A DNA stretch of 64,000 nt from Acidobacteriota bacterium (GTDB taxonomy: Bacteria; Acidobacteriota; Thermoanaerobaculia; Multivoradales; Multivoraceae), in the NCBI GenBank assembly GCA_029263415.1, contig JAJCXN010000041.1, positions 141,338-205,337 of the forward strand, given 5' to 3'. Positions 26,942 through 35,645 of this stretch are shown here, in pieces. A program made the translations under genes and the position numbers. Every line of letters starts with the position of its first letter. Within the stretch, counting starts at the first letter, position 1. The notes under the pieces were generated by a model, which searched no databases, was not told the DNA's origin, and saw only the letters and a program-made list of their open reading frames with translations.

Positions 26942-28483
26942 ATGACCTCAGCCATTGTCATCTTCGGGTATCTGGCGGTGGTGACCGCCGTTGGTTCACT
27001 ACTCGCGCGCCGCACGCAGTCGTCGTCGGATTGGGCGGTTGCCGACGGTCGGATGGGAATCATCCTGGTCGCGGCGGGCGTTGCCGGCACCAGAATCGGT
27101 GGTGTTGGCACCTACGGAGTGGCGGGAGATGTGCTCCAAGACGGTCTGTGGAGTCTCTGGTACGCGGTGAACACGTTCCTTGCTCTAGCCATGGTTGGGC
27201 TGTTCTTTGCCGTTCCTTTCCGCCGGCTCAAGCTGCAGACGGTGGGCGAGGTGTTCACCAAGCGCTTTGGCAGCAGGCGTTGCCAGAGCTTGACCAGCCT
27301 GTGTGTGCAGACTGAATACTTCATTATCAACATCCTCGAGCCGTTCATCATCGGCAGCATTGTCAGCACAGTGCTCGATATTCCGTTTGCACTAGGTGTG
27401 CTCATTGGCGCGGTGTGCTTGATTCTTTATACCGCGCTCGGCGGGCTCTGGGGGTCGGCAGCGACCAACGTGATCCACTGCACTGTGGTGCTGGCTGGCC
27501 TGGCGATGGTTAGCTGGATCGGGCTACGTGACGCCGGAGGTTGGACCGCTCTTAAGATGTCGGTGGATAGTGCTCTTGCGGCGAACCTCGCTGCTAACCC
27601 GAACGCGGTTCCAGCCGCCGAGTGGTGGAGTTTCATTGGGCCCGGGTGGGCGGTGGTGATTGCGATGTTTTTTTCCGCGACTATCCACACACCCGCGGCG
27701 TCTGTGTATGTCAATTTCTCGAGTGCAGCGCGCCGCGAGCGCACCTTGCTGCCCGCCTTTCTCTTGGCCGGTGGAGTCGCAGCGCTGATGCCGCTTTTGG
27801 CGGGGTTTGTGGGCATGCTGACGCTCGGTAAGTACGGTGCTGATTCGGGGCTTTCCAGTTATCGCTCGATCACGCAGCTTGCACTCGACATCAGTCCGCT
27901 CTTGGGCGGTATCGCCTTAGCAGCGATCCTTGCTGCGGTGATTTCTTCGGGCGGACCAATCCTGCTCTCGAGTTCCACCATGCTGGTGCGTGACTGGTTG
28001 CCTAAGATTGATGGGCTTGCTCAATCGCAGCAGTTGATGGCACTGCGTGTGACCACCGTGATCTACGGTTTGGTCGCAGCGCTGATCGCGTGGAAGGGGC
28101 AGATCGGCTCCATCCTCGACTTGCTGTTGCTCGGGTTTGCGATGGTGGTGCCTCCCGCGATCGCGCTGGCCTACGTGCTCTATTGGCGCCGGACCACCGA
28201 AGCAGCAAGCTTTTGGGGGATCGCGGTCGGTTACGGCGCGGGGCTTGCTTGGTACGCCGGCATTCGCTGGGCCGAGTCCGCAGGATGGAGCGCCGGTGAA
28301 GGTGCGGGGGCATTGGCCAACTTTGCGCAGTGGGGGTTTGTTAACGGCGGCGGCGTCGATCCGTCGTACATCACCACGCTGGTTCCGCTGGTCTTGATCC
28401 CGGTGATGAGCCTGCTCGGCAAGGACGTTGTGAATGGCACCAGCACGGCGTTCAGAAAGCAGCTCTCAACGCCCGCGGGGTGA
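26942..28483 (+). CDS. Sodium:solute symporter family (SSS) transporter
   Basis: ~13 TM segments. SSS-like N-terminus MTSAIVIFGYLAVVTAVGSLLARRTQSSSDWAVADGRMG and glycine-rich helices. Start at the internal ATG 26942; the upstream track extension is non-coding-like. Confidence 0.8.
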   Translation: MTSAIVIFGYLAVVTAVGSLLARRTQSSSDWAVADGRMGIILVAAGVAGTRIGGVGTYGVAGDVLQDGLWSLWYAVNTFLALAMVGLFFAVPFRRLKLQTVGEVFTKRFGSRRCQSLTSLCVQTEYFIINILEPFIIGSIVSTVLDIPFALGVLIGAVCLILYTALGGLWGSAATNVIHCTVVLAGLAMVSWIGLRDAGGWTALKMSVDSALAANLAANPNAVPAAEWWSFIGPGWAVVIAMFFSATIHTPAASVYVNFSSAARRERTLLPAFLLAGGVAALMPLLAGFVGMLTLGKYGADSGLSSYRSITQLALDISPLLGGIALAAILAAVISSGGPILLSSSTMLVRDWLPKIDGLAQSQQLMALRVTTVIYGLVAALIAWKGQIGSILDLLLLGFAMVVPPAIALAYVLYWRRTTEAASFWGIAVGYGAGLAWYAGIRWAESAGWSAGEGAGALANFAQWGFVNGGGVDPSYITTLVPLVLIPVMSLLGKDVVNGTSTAFRKQLSTPAG

Positions 28484-28505
28484 GGGGCCTCGGACCTCAC
28501 GAAAT

Positions 28506-28542
28506 GAGTTGACCTCGGTCCGCTAGGCCCGAGGTCAACCTC
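28506..28542. terminator. Candidate bidirectional terminator hairpin between the convergent SSS and TPR genes
   Basis: ttgacctcgg / ccgaggtcaa is a perfect 10-bp stem with a 10-nt loop. The flanking T-rich tract is weak. Confidence 0.35.
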
Positions 28543-28571
28543 TTGTAGATGGCGCGGGAGGAACGGCGTCC

Positions 28572-29771
28572 CTAGCTGGGAGTGGGCGGTGGCCCACCGG
28601 TTCGAATGTTGACCGCAGCCTCATCGGCTTGGCGCTTTTGTTCGATCAGATCGGCGCGCTGCTTGTTGAACTCCTCGGCTTTTGCGTTCTCCAGCGCGAT
28701 CAAGCGGTTGGCCTCGACGCGTGCAACGTCGTCGGTCCTATTTGCCGCCGTGTAGGCAGAGATGGCCTCGTCGTACCTCTTCTGCATTTCAAAGATGAAG
28801 CCGAGTTGTTCCGAGGTCTGCGTTGTCTGATGCGCATCGGTCGCGAGCCCAAGAGCCATGGTCAGTTGCCCTTCTGCCGCTACGTACTTCTGGTCGAGGA
28901 GAAGTGCGCGTCCGCTAAGGAACGTGAGCAACCAATCGCCCTTTGTTGCAACCGCCGCAACGGTCGCGGTGCTCAGTAGCTCCGCTGCTTGGCTGTAACG
29001 TTGAGCGTTGATCAGTACGTCGGCGTAGAGCGCTGTCGTGTTGCGGTTTGGATTCGCCTCAAAGGCCAATGCGGCCGGTTCCAGGGCAACTGTGTAAAGG
29101 GCGAGTCGCTCAGGCGCTTCAGCAGCGAGCGCTTGGTCGACCAACGCGGCAACTTGAGCCCTGCGAATTTTCGCGTCGGTAGGCTCGATCTCGACGGCCT
29201 TCGCGAACGCCGAGGCTGCGTCGGTGAAGCGGTTCGCCTTCTTTAGCGCGACCCCGTAGGTCGCCCAAGCGCTGGCGGTGCCGGTGACTTTGGCGAGTTG
29301 TTCGAGGTCGCCGAGTCGATCGCCACTGCATGCCGCTTTGGCCCGCAGCTTGTAGAGGGCGACCTGGAACTGTGCGCTCACCGTCGCGGCGTCGACGCGA
29401 TCAAGAACCACGCAGGCATCTTCGGGTTTCTCGATCGCTAATAGCGCCTTTGCCAAGGTCAGCAGGATCGCTGGTTGACCGCTGTGTAGCTCATCTGCGC
29501 GCCTTAGGTGTGCCGCCGCTTTCTGAGCGTCACCGGCGTTCAACAGCCCGGTGTTCAACAGTGCGGTGCCGAGCATTTGGTGGCCTTGATATGCGTCGGG
29601 CGCAGTTTCGACGTAGCGCGCAAAGGCAGCGGCAGCTTCTTCATGCTTGCCAGCCTGGTACGCGGTCACGCCTTGGTCCCAATCGCCGTTCGCCCAAACG
29701 GACGGCGCCAAGGCCGCCATCGCTAGTAAAGCGAGGAGTGGGGTGAACCGGGTGTTGGTGGGCTTGCGCAT
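28572..29771 (-). CDS. TPR-repeat protein with signal peptide
   Basis: Signal peptide MRKPTNTRFTPLLALLAMAALAPSVWA. Multiple TPR-like helical pairs (AYQAGKHEEAAAAFARYVETAPDAYQGHQMLGTALLNTG...). Confidence 0.65.
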   Translation of the reverse strand: MRKPTNTRFTPLLALLAMAALAPSVWANGDWDQGVTAYQAGKHEEAAAAFARYVETAPDAYQGHQMLGTALLNTGLLNAGDAQKAAAHLRRADELHSGQPAILLTLAKALLAIEKPEDACVVLDRVDAATVSAQFQVALYKLRAKAACSGDRLGDLEQLAKVTGTASAWATYGVALKKANRFTDAASAFAKAVEIEPTDAKIRRAQVAALVDQALAAEAPERLALYTVALEPAALAFEANPNRNTTALYADVLINAQRYSQAAELLSTATVAAVATKGDWLLTFLSGRALLLDQKYVAAEGQLTMALGLATDAHQTTQTSEQLGFIFEMQKRYDEAISAYTAANRTDDVARVEANRLIALENAKAEEFNKQRADLIEQKRQADEAAVNIRTGGPPPTPS

Positions 29772-30007
29772 GTGTGGCTCCTTTGGTTGTTGAGCCGGAG
29801 ATCTCGACTGAGATGCTCCAAGGCGTCACGGAAGTCTCTGCCACATCGGCCGGTTTCCGGCGCGCAGAGCTTGGAGTTGCAACTCTCGTACCGGTTTGCT
29901 CGCGCTTGCCGCTTCGATTGTCTTGTCTGGGCGCATGTAGACTCTGCGGCCTGACATCCACGTCCAAGCCACATATCCAAACAATGCGGAAGGGTAGAGA
30001 CACGCGC

Positions 30008-31699
30008 ATGCCGAGCAGATCCGAAGCCCTGAGCCAACTCACTGCAGCCGGTGAACCGTTCGAACTAGACCTGTGTGAGCTGTACGGACAAGAGTGTCGG
30101 TACTTCAAGACGGCACCGCCGACGCTGCACGAGCTGTACGAGAGAGCTCGAGGTGCCTTGGACTTCGTGGTGTACCAAGAGGAGCGGTACAGCTATGAGG
30201 AGACCTATCGCGCGGCGTGCCGAATCGCAACGGTGTTGGTCGAGCAATACGGGATCGAGCGTGGTGATCGGGTGGCGATTTCGATGCGCAACTATCCCGA
30301 GTGGATTTTTTCATTCATGGCTGTGACCTCGATTGGAGCCGTCGCGGTGGCGATGAACGCGCTGTGGGAATCGGACGAAATGGCCTACGGCCTGGCCGAC
30401 AGCGGCGCCAAGGTTTTGTTGGCCGATCAAGAAAGGTTGGATCGCTTTGTCGGTTGCTCAGAACCGCCCGATCTCAAGGTCATCGTCGTGCGTCCCACCG
30501 AAGATCTACCTGAGGGCGTAGCGGACCTTGTTGATCTGCTGAGCGCCCTACCGTCGGAGGTCGCAGAGATGCCAGCTGTGGATTTCGGCCCTAACGACGA
30601 TGCGATAATTCTCTACACCTCGGGTTCAACCGGGCATCCAAAGGGCGCGGTGAGCTGTCACCGCAACGTGATCAGTGCGCTGTATTCGTGGCAACTAGAT
30701 CTTGCGGCGCATGTGATCGAAACCGAAGTGGTGCCTGAAGAGCCAGAGCATCAGCCGGCAACACTGCTGGCGGTGCCGCTGTTTCATGCAACTGGATCGC
30801 ATGCTGTCTTTCTGAACTCGTTCCCGACGCAACGCAAGATCGTGTCCATGTACAAATGGGACACCGAACTCGCAGCCGAACTGATCGAACGTGAACACAT
30901 TTCTTCGTTCATCGGCCCAGCAGCGATGACCGGTGATCTAGTGCTCGCGGCACATCGGAGCCAGCGCGACCTGAGCTCGTTGGTGAGCGTTGGCGGCGGT
31001 GGTGCGCCTCGAGCTCCCGAGCAAGTGGCGGGGATCGATGCAGCATTCACCAACGCGCTACCTGGAACCGGCTGGGGGATGACCGAGACCAACGCTATCG
31101 GTGTGGGGATCGGTGGCGAGCACTATCTCGAGCGACCGGAGAGTTCGGGGCGTTGTTCGGCTGTGCTTGAGCTAAAGGTGGTTGATGAGGCTGGAGCCGA
31201 GGTGGCCACTGGGGAGCGGGGTGAGTTGTTGGTGCGTGGCACGTCGGTCATCCGTGGGTACTGGAATCGGCCCGACGCGAATGCTGAGACCTTCGTCGAT
31301 GGTTGGTTGCGGACTGGCGACGTTGCGTATCTCGATGAAGATGGATTCTTGTTCATCGTCGATCGAATCAAGGACTTGGTGATCCGAGGTGGGGAGAACA
31401 TTGGCTGCGGTGAAGTTGAGGCGGCCTTGCTGGAACATCCGGAGGTACTCGAGGCATCGGTGTATGCGGTGCCGGATGAGCGGTTGGGAGAAGAGGTTGG
31501 GGCGACTGTTTACTGCGGAGTGGGTGGTGGTGTGGATGAGGGCGTGCTGCGGGAGTTCTTGGTTGGGCGATTGGCGAAGTTCAAGGTGCCTAGGTATTTG
31601 CGGGTGGTGGATGAGGCGTTGCCACGGATTGCTTCGGGCAAGATTTTCAAGCGGGGGATTCGGGAGGCGGCTTTGGGGGAGTTGGGGGTTTCGGTATAG
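30008..31699 (+). CDS. AMP-dependent synthetase/ligase (acyl-CoA synthetase family)
   Basis: AMP-binding motif ILYTSGSTGHPKGAV and a C-terminal lid (GWLRTGDVAYLDEDGFLFIVDRIKDLVIRGGENI). Start chosen at the ATG at 30008 (MPSRSEAL...); the track start 29774 is likely an over-extension. Confidence 0.8.
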   Translation: MPSRSEALSQLTAAGEPFELDLCELYGQECRYFKTAPPTLHELYERARGALDFVVYQEERYSYEETYRAACRIATVLVEQYGIERGDRVAISMRNYPEWIFSFMAVTSIGAVAVAMNALWESDEMAYGLADSGAKVLLADQERLDRFVGCSEPPDLKVIVVRPTEDLPEGVADLVDLLSALPSEVAEMPAVDFGPNDDAIILYTSGSTGHPKGAVSCHRNVISALYSWQLDLAAHVIETEVVPEEPEHQPATLLAVPLFHATGSHAVFLNSFPTQRKIVSMYKWDTELAAELIEREHISSFIGPAAMTGDLVLAAHRSQRDLSSLVSVGGGGAPRAPEQVAGIDAAFTNALPGTGWGMTETNAIGVGIGGEHYLERPESSGRCSAVLELKVVDEAGAEVATGERGELLVRGTSVIRGYWNRPDANAETFVDGWLRTGDVAYLDEDGFLFIVDRIKDLVIRGGENIGCGEVEAALLEHPEVLEASVYAVPDERLGEEVGATVYCGVGGGVDEGVLREFLVGRLAKFKVPRYLRVVDEALPRIASGKIFKRGIREAALGELGVSV

Positions 31700-31914
31700 T
31701 GGTCGCGGTCGCGGTCGCGGTGGCGGTGGCGATGCTGTGGGGCGCGAGCGATCGTTCGGTGATTGATCGCGATTGGAGTGGCGTCTTCGCTCCTTTCGGC
31801 GGATCGGGATCCCCCTCGTAGGCACCGGCTGCGGCCTTGTCTTGAGCGGTTAGGCGTTGCCTTGCCTGCGCACTCGTCGCTCACATCGCGGTGGGCTTCA
31901 CGAGCGCGTTTGTG

Positions 31915-32570
31915 AAGGGCTCCTCGCGAGCTGCCGACTCGGGGGACGCCCTCACCGCCTTCGTCGCTAGTGAAGCTGAATCGCGATGGTGTTTGCGAAG
32001 AGGGCATCTTGGGACGTGGTGGCAAAGGGGGAGAGCTGTGCCCGGGAGTGGAAAGTCGAGGCCTGGGCTGCGTGAACGGAACCCACAAGGGGGTGAGGGC
32101 TCAGTCCACGCAGCCCAGGCCGATGGTTCATGATCCTTCTCGACGCTGCGCGCCTCGACGAGGGATGTAGAGCTCCTTCTTGGGGCTCAACGGTTCGCTC
32201 GTCTAGGGTCGCTCCAAGCCACCGGGTAGATCCGCGATTGTGGCGTCGGTTCAATGACGGGCATTGGACACGGCGGGCAACCTACTTCAACTTGCCGGTG
32301 ATCAACGTCACCTCCACGAGTTTGGCGTAGCCAAACGAGCCGATCCTCCGAAACACTTGGTTTGGGCTGCGTGAACGGAGCCCTCACCTGTTGCGGGTTC
32401 CGTTCACGCAGCCCAAGCCTCCCGCGCCCAAACCCCGGCGACCACCTTTCCCCTTTGCCATCGCGCCCCAAGCTGCCCCGATCGCAAGCACCGCGAGATC
32501 AAGCTTCACTAGCGACGAAGGCGGTGAGGGCGTCCCCGACGGGGGCAGCTCGCGAGAGAGCCCTTCAACA
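31915..32570. repeat. Large imperfect nested inverted repeat (~650 bp) containing two REP-like hairpins
   Basis: The left arm 31924-31987 is nearly identical to the reverse complement of 32502-32566. The inner hairpins 32071-32130 and 32362-32416 are reverse complements of each other, and each is itself a hairpin (gggctgcgtgaacgga ... tccgttcacgcagccc, 16-bp stem). Confidence 0.6.
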
Positions 32571-33361
32571 GCACCAATCGAGAAGCACACCAAGTTGCGG
32601 GCGACCGAGTGGCAGGCAAGACCACGCCTACCCGCTCAGGACAAGGTCGCAGCCGGTGCCCCCAGAGGGGATCCCCGATCCGCCGAAAGGAGCGAAGACG
32701 CCCAGGATCTCGAAGCTGTTCAGCTTCTTCGCCCTCCCTCCCTCCCTCCCACCGCATTCCAGTCACCCTTTCGATCGTGATCCCAAACGCTCCACCCTCA
32801 CCCCCAAACCCGAGAGTCGCCAATAACTTCACCCTTGCGCTCCTCCAACCTCAACCGCTAGAGTCCCCGCGAGTCGAGACCCACTCAATCGCCGCCACCC
32901 TCCTGGCCCCGATCGAGTCCCAAACCAAAGAGGCTATGAATATGTGTGACACAACAGCAACACAAGTAGCGATTGTCGGTTTACCGACGATGATGCTGAT
33001 GAGCCCTCTTGGTACTGAGACTTCTCTAATCGCCGAGCTCTCTCAGAAGATGGAGTCTCCTCAACTGGTCACCAAGATCCGCTAACGCCTTCCGGGATCT
33101 TCGCGCCAGTTATTTGCAGGCTCTTGTTCCTAGAGCCACTCTTCGGCATCCCCAGTCGGGACGACGCTGCGTTCAGCCTTAGCCAGGCGTGCGGCGTTGT
33201 TGCGTTCTTGGCTGATTGTTGATGACTGCGCTTGACGGTTGCCTCCTGTGGTCGCCTGCCGACCCGGGGGACCGTTAAGCATGAATCTGATTTCACTGTT
33301 TGGTTAGGTGTCATTCCTTCCAAGGGTTGATCGCCTGCAAACGTTCTTGAGTATTTAAGTT

Positions 33362-34768
33362 ATGTCTCATATCGATACTTCGTACCGTCGCATCATCCGT
33401 ATTGGTTCGCCGGTAATCATCTCTCAATTGTCCTACACGGCTATGGGCGTCATCGACACCATGATGGTTGGTCGGCTTGGTATTGCCGAGCTGGGGGGCG
33501 TGGGCCTGGGCAACATGATCGCTTGGTGGCTCTTGAGCGGTTTTTACGGCGTCTTGAGCGTGGTGAATACCTACGTTGCACAGTCGGTGGGGGCGAATGA
33601 CCGGCGAGGCGTTGGGCGTACACTGTGGCACGGCATCTACCTGGCGATCGGGTTTGGTGCACTGATCACTGTGTCTTCGCTGTTTGTGCCTTGGTTGTTG
33701 AGTCTGACCGGCGCGAACTCTGGTTTCCTTGAGCTCGCGACCAGCTACGCACAGGTGCGCTTGCTGGGCGGTTTCGGGCTCACGATGCTCTTGGTCGCTG
33801 ACAATTTCTACCGAGGCCTAGGCCGCACCGATATTCCGATGTGGGGTGCGTGGTGTCAGTTGTTGCTCAACTGCGGACTCAACTATGCGTTGATCTTCGG
33901 CAAGTTCGGTGCCCCGGCGATGGGTGTCGTTGGAGCTGCGCTGGGAACTGTGATCGCTCAGACGTTGGTGGGGTTCTCGCTGTTGGCGAGCATCTTCATG
34001 GCCAAGACCTATCGTCGTCGCTACTTACTACCTAGAACCCGACGGCTCGATCCTGCTGTGCTGAAGACCCTGCTTGTGGTCGGGTTGCCTATCGGCGTTC
34101 AGTTCTTCATGGAGATGGGAGGCATTGCGCTCTTTTCAGCGCTGATCTCGCGCTTGGGGGAAGCGGAGATGGCGGCGACCAACGCTGTGATTCAAGCGTG
34201 GAGCGTCACTTTCATGATCGGGGCTGCGCTAGCGGTCACAGCCACGACCTTGGTCGGACAGTGTCTCGGTGCTCGCCAGCTGGAAGATGCTCGAGTGGCG
34301 GTCGCCAAGATCATGAAGTTGGGTGGGGCGTTCACCGCCGCTTGTTCGGTGTTCTACATCGGCTTCCCCGAGTTCTTGATGCGAGCCTTTGTCGAGGAGG
34401 GCGATGTGGCGGAGCTGATCCCCTACGCGCGCCCGCTCTTCGCCATTGTGGTGGTGTGCCTGTTCTTTGATTTGCGCTTCAATCTGATTTCAGGGGCGCT
34501 GCGCGGCGCTGGGGATACCACCTACAGCATGTTGGTCAACATCGGCAGCGCTTGGTTGGTGTTCGTTCCACTCACCTTCTTGATGATCGATCGTTTTGGC
34601 TTGGTGGGGGCATGGTGGTGTTTGGCGGTGCATGTGGCGTTGATGGCGTTGTTGCTCGAGATTCGGTACCGCGGCTCACGCTGGATCGAAGTGTTTCTTG
34701 CGCGTCAGGATCCAGCGAAGAAGAGGCGGGCGCAACAGGTGTCTGCGACTGAAGCACCGGTGGTTTGA
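33362..34768 (+). CDS. MATE family efflux transporter (NorM-like)
   Basis: 12-TM protein. The N-terminal SPVIISQLSYTAMGVIDTMMVGRLG matches the MATE signature region. Confidence 0.85.
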   Translation: MSHIDTSYRRIIRIGSPVIISQLSYTAMGVIDTMMVGRLGIAELGGVGLGNMIAWWLLSGFYGVLSVVNTYVAQSVGANDRRGVGRTLWHGIYLAIGFGALITVSSLFVPWLLSLTGANSGFLELATSYAQVRLLGGFGLTMLLVADNFYRGLGRTDIPMWGAWCQLLLNCGLNYALIFGKFGAPAMGVVGAALGTVIAQTLVGFSLLASIFMAKTYRRRYLLPRTRRLDPAVLKTLLVVGLPIGVQFFMEMGGIALFSALISRLGEAEMAATNAVIQAWSVTFMIGAALAVTATTLVGQCLGARQLEDARVAVAKIMKLGGAFTAACSVFYIGFPEFLMRAFVEEGDVAELIPYARPLFAIVVVCLFFDLRFNLISGALRGAGDTTYSMLVNIGSAWLVFVPLTFLMIDRFGLVGAWWCLAVHVALMALLLEIRYRGSRWIEVFLARQDPAKKRRAQQVSATEAPVV

Positions 34769-34843
34769 CCGAGTGTTATCGCTGTTACAATCAGCGTTGG
34801 TACCGATCCCCTGTCTTCTCCACCGATTCTCAAGGACCCTACA

Positions 34844-35443
34844 ATGATGAAATTCAACACCTCACGCGACTTGCGCAGTCCTCTGCTTCTGCTTCTTATC
34901 CTCTTTGTTGGTTTTGGGCTTGGTGCTTGTGCCAGCGGCGGTGGTTCTGTGGATGCACCTGCTGCCGCGCCTGCCCCAGTGAAGAAGGCGTTCGTCGCGC
35001 CTGAGTGGGACTCAACCGAGTTCCGCAGCGAGGACGGGGTGTTCTTCCTCCACTATCCCTCAGATTTTGAAGTGCAACCCGTGCAGGCTGGTGGCCTACT
35101 CAGTGTTGCGTCTCCCTCGTTGGTGCCGCGGGTGGATGTCAACCAGTTGGCGGGCATTGGTGATTCCTCGATGGAGGAGGTCGGTTCAGGGCTTGTGACG
35201 ACAATGAAGCAGCTTGGCGGCGGTGAAGCGGAAATCACCGCCGCGAAAATGGTGAAGCTCAGCGACGAGGTCACCGATGCCATGCGCTTCGACATCAACT
35301 GGTCGTTTCAGGGGTTCCCGTTGAGCAGTGTCGCACTAGTAGTGCCCACGGATGACTACGCCATCAATGTGTTGGTGACTGGTATGGATGGCGGTGACGT
35401 AGCTGAGCTTGAGGGCATCGCCAATACGCTGACTCTTCCCTAG
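34844..35443 (+). CDS. Hypothetical lipoprotein
   Basis: Lipobox-like signal LLLILFVGFGLGAC with AAGGA upstream. No known domain recognised. Confidence 0.5.
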   Translation: MMKFNTSRDLRSPLLLLLILFVGFGLGACASGGGSVDAPAAAPAPVKKAFVAPEWDSTEFRSEDGVFFLHYPSDFEVQPVQAGGLLSVASPSLVPRVDVNQLAGIGDSSMEEVGSGLVTTMKQLGGGEAEITAAKMVKLSDEVTDAMRFDINWSFQGFPLSSVALVVPTDDYAINVLVTGMDGGDVAELEGIANTLTLP

Positions 35444-35645
35444 TTCTATTCCCCAGTCCTAGGCCCAATCCCGAGGCCCAATCCCGAGGCATCCCAAGGG
35501 CTACCTCGGGCGCCTGACCCGGAGTGGGCCCGTGCAGTCGCTTTCGGTATTCCTTCTTGCAAACCGCTGAGTGCTTCGATGAGCAGCCTTGGTCCCTCTT
35601 TTCGGCTGTGCCTCTTCGTTCTCTACTCCCTCGCTTTCCTCACCT

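Noticed and set aside
28596-28607. ggttcgaatg resembling a tRNA T-loop
   Set aside because: It lies inside the TPR CDS. No acceptor stem or anticodon arm could be built. No tRNA is supported anywhere in the window.
31172-32088. Overlapping Pro/Arg/Ser-rich ORFs (217 aa, 192 aa, 154 aa, 129 aa) across 31.2-32.8 kb
   Set aside because: They arise from the inverted-repeat symmetry and the GC-rich non-coding region. Mirror peptides appear on both strands and the composition is low complexity.
32609-32935. Upstream part of the 158-aa ORF 32609-33085
   Set aside because: Pro/Ser/Arg-rich low complexity within the repeat region. Only the terminal 49 codons, which have a Shine-Dalgarno sequence and different composition, were kept as a low-confidence small ORF.
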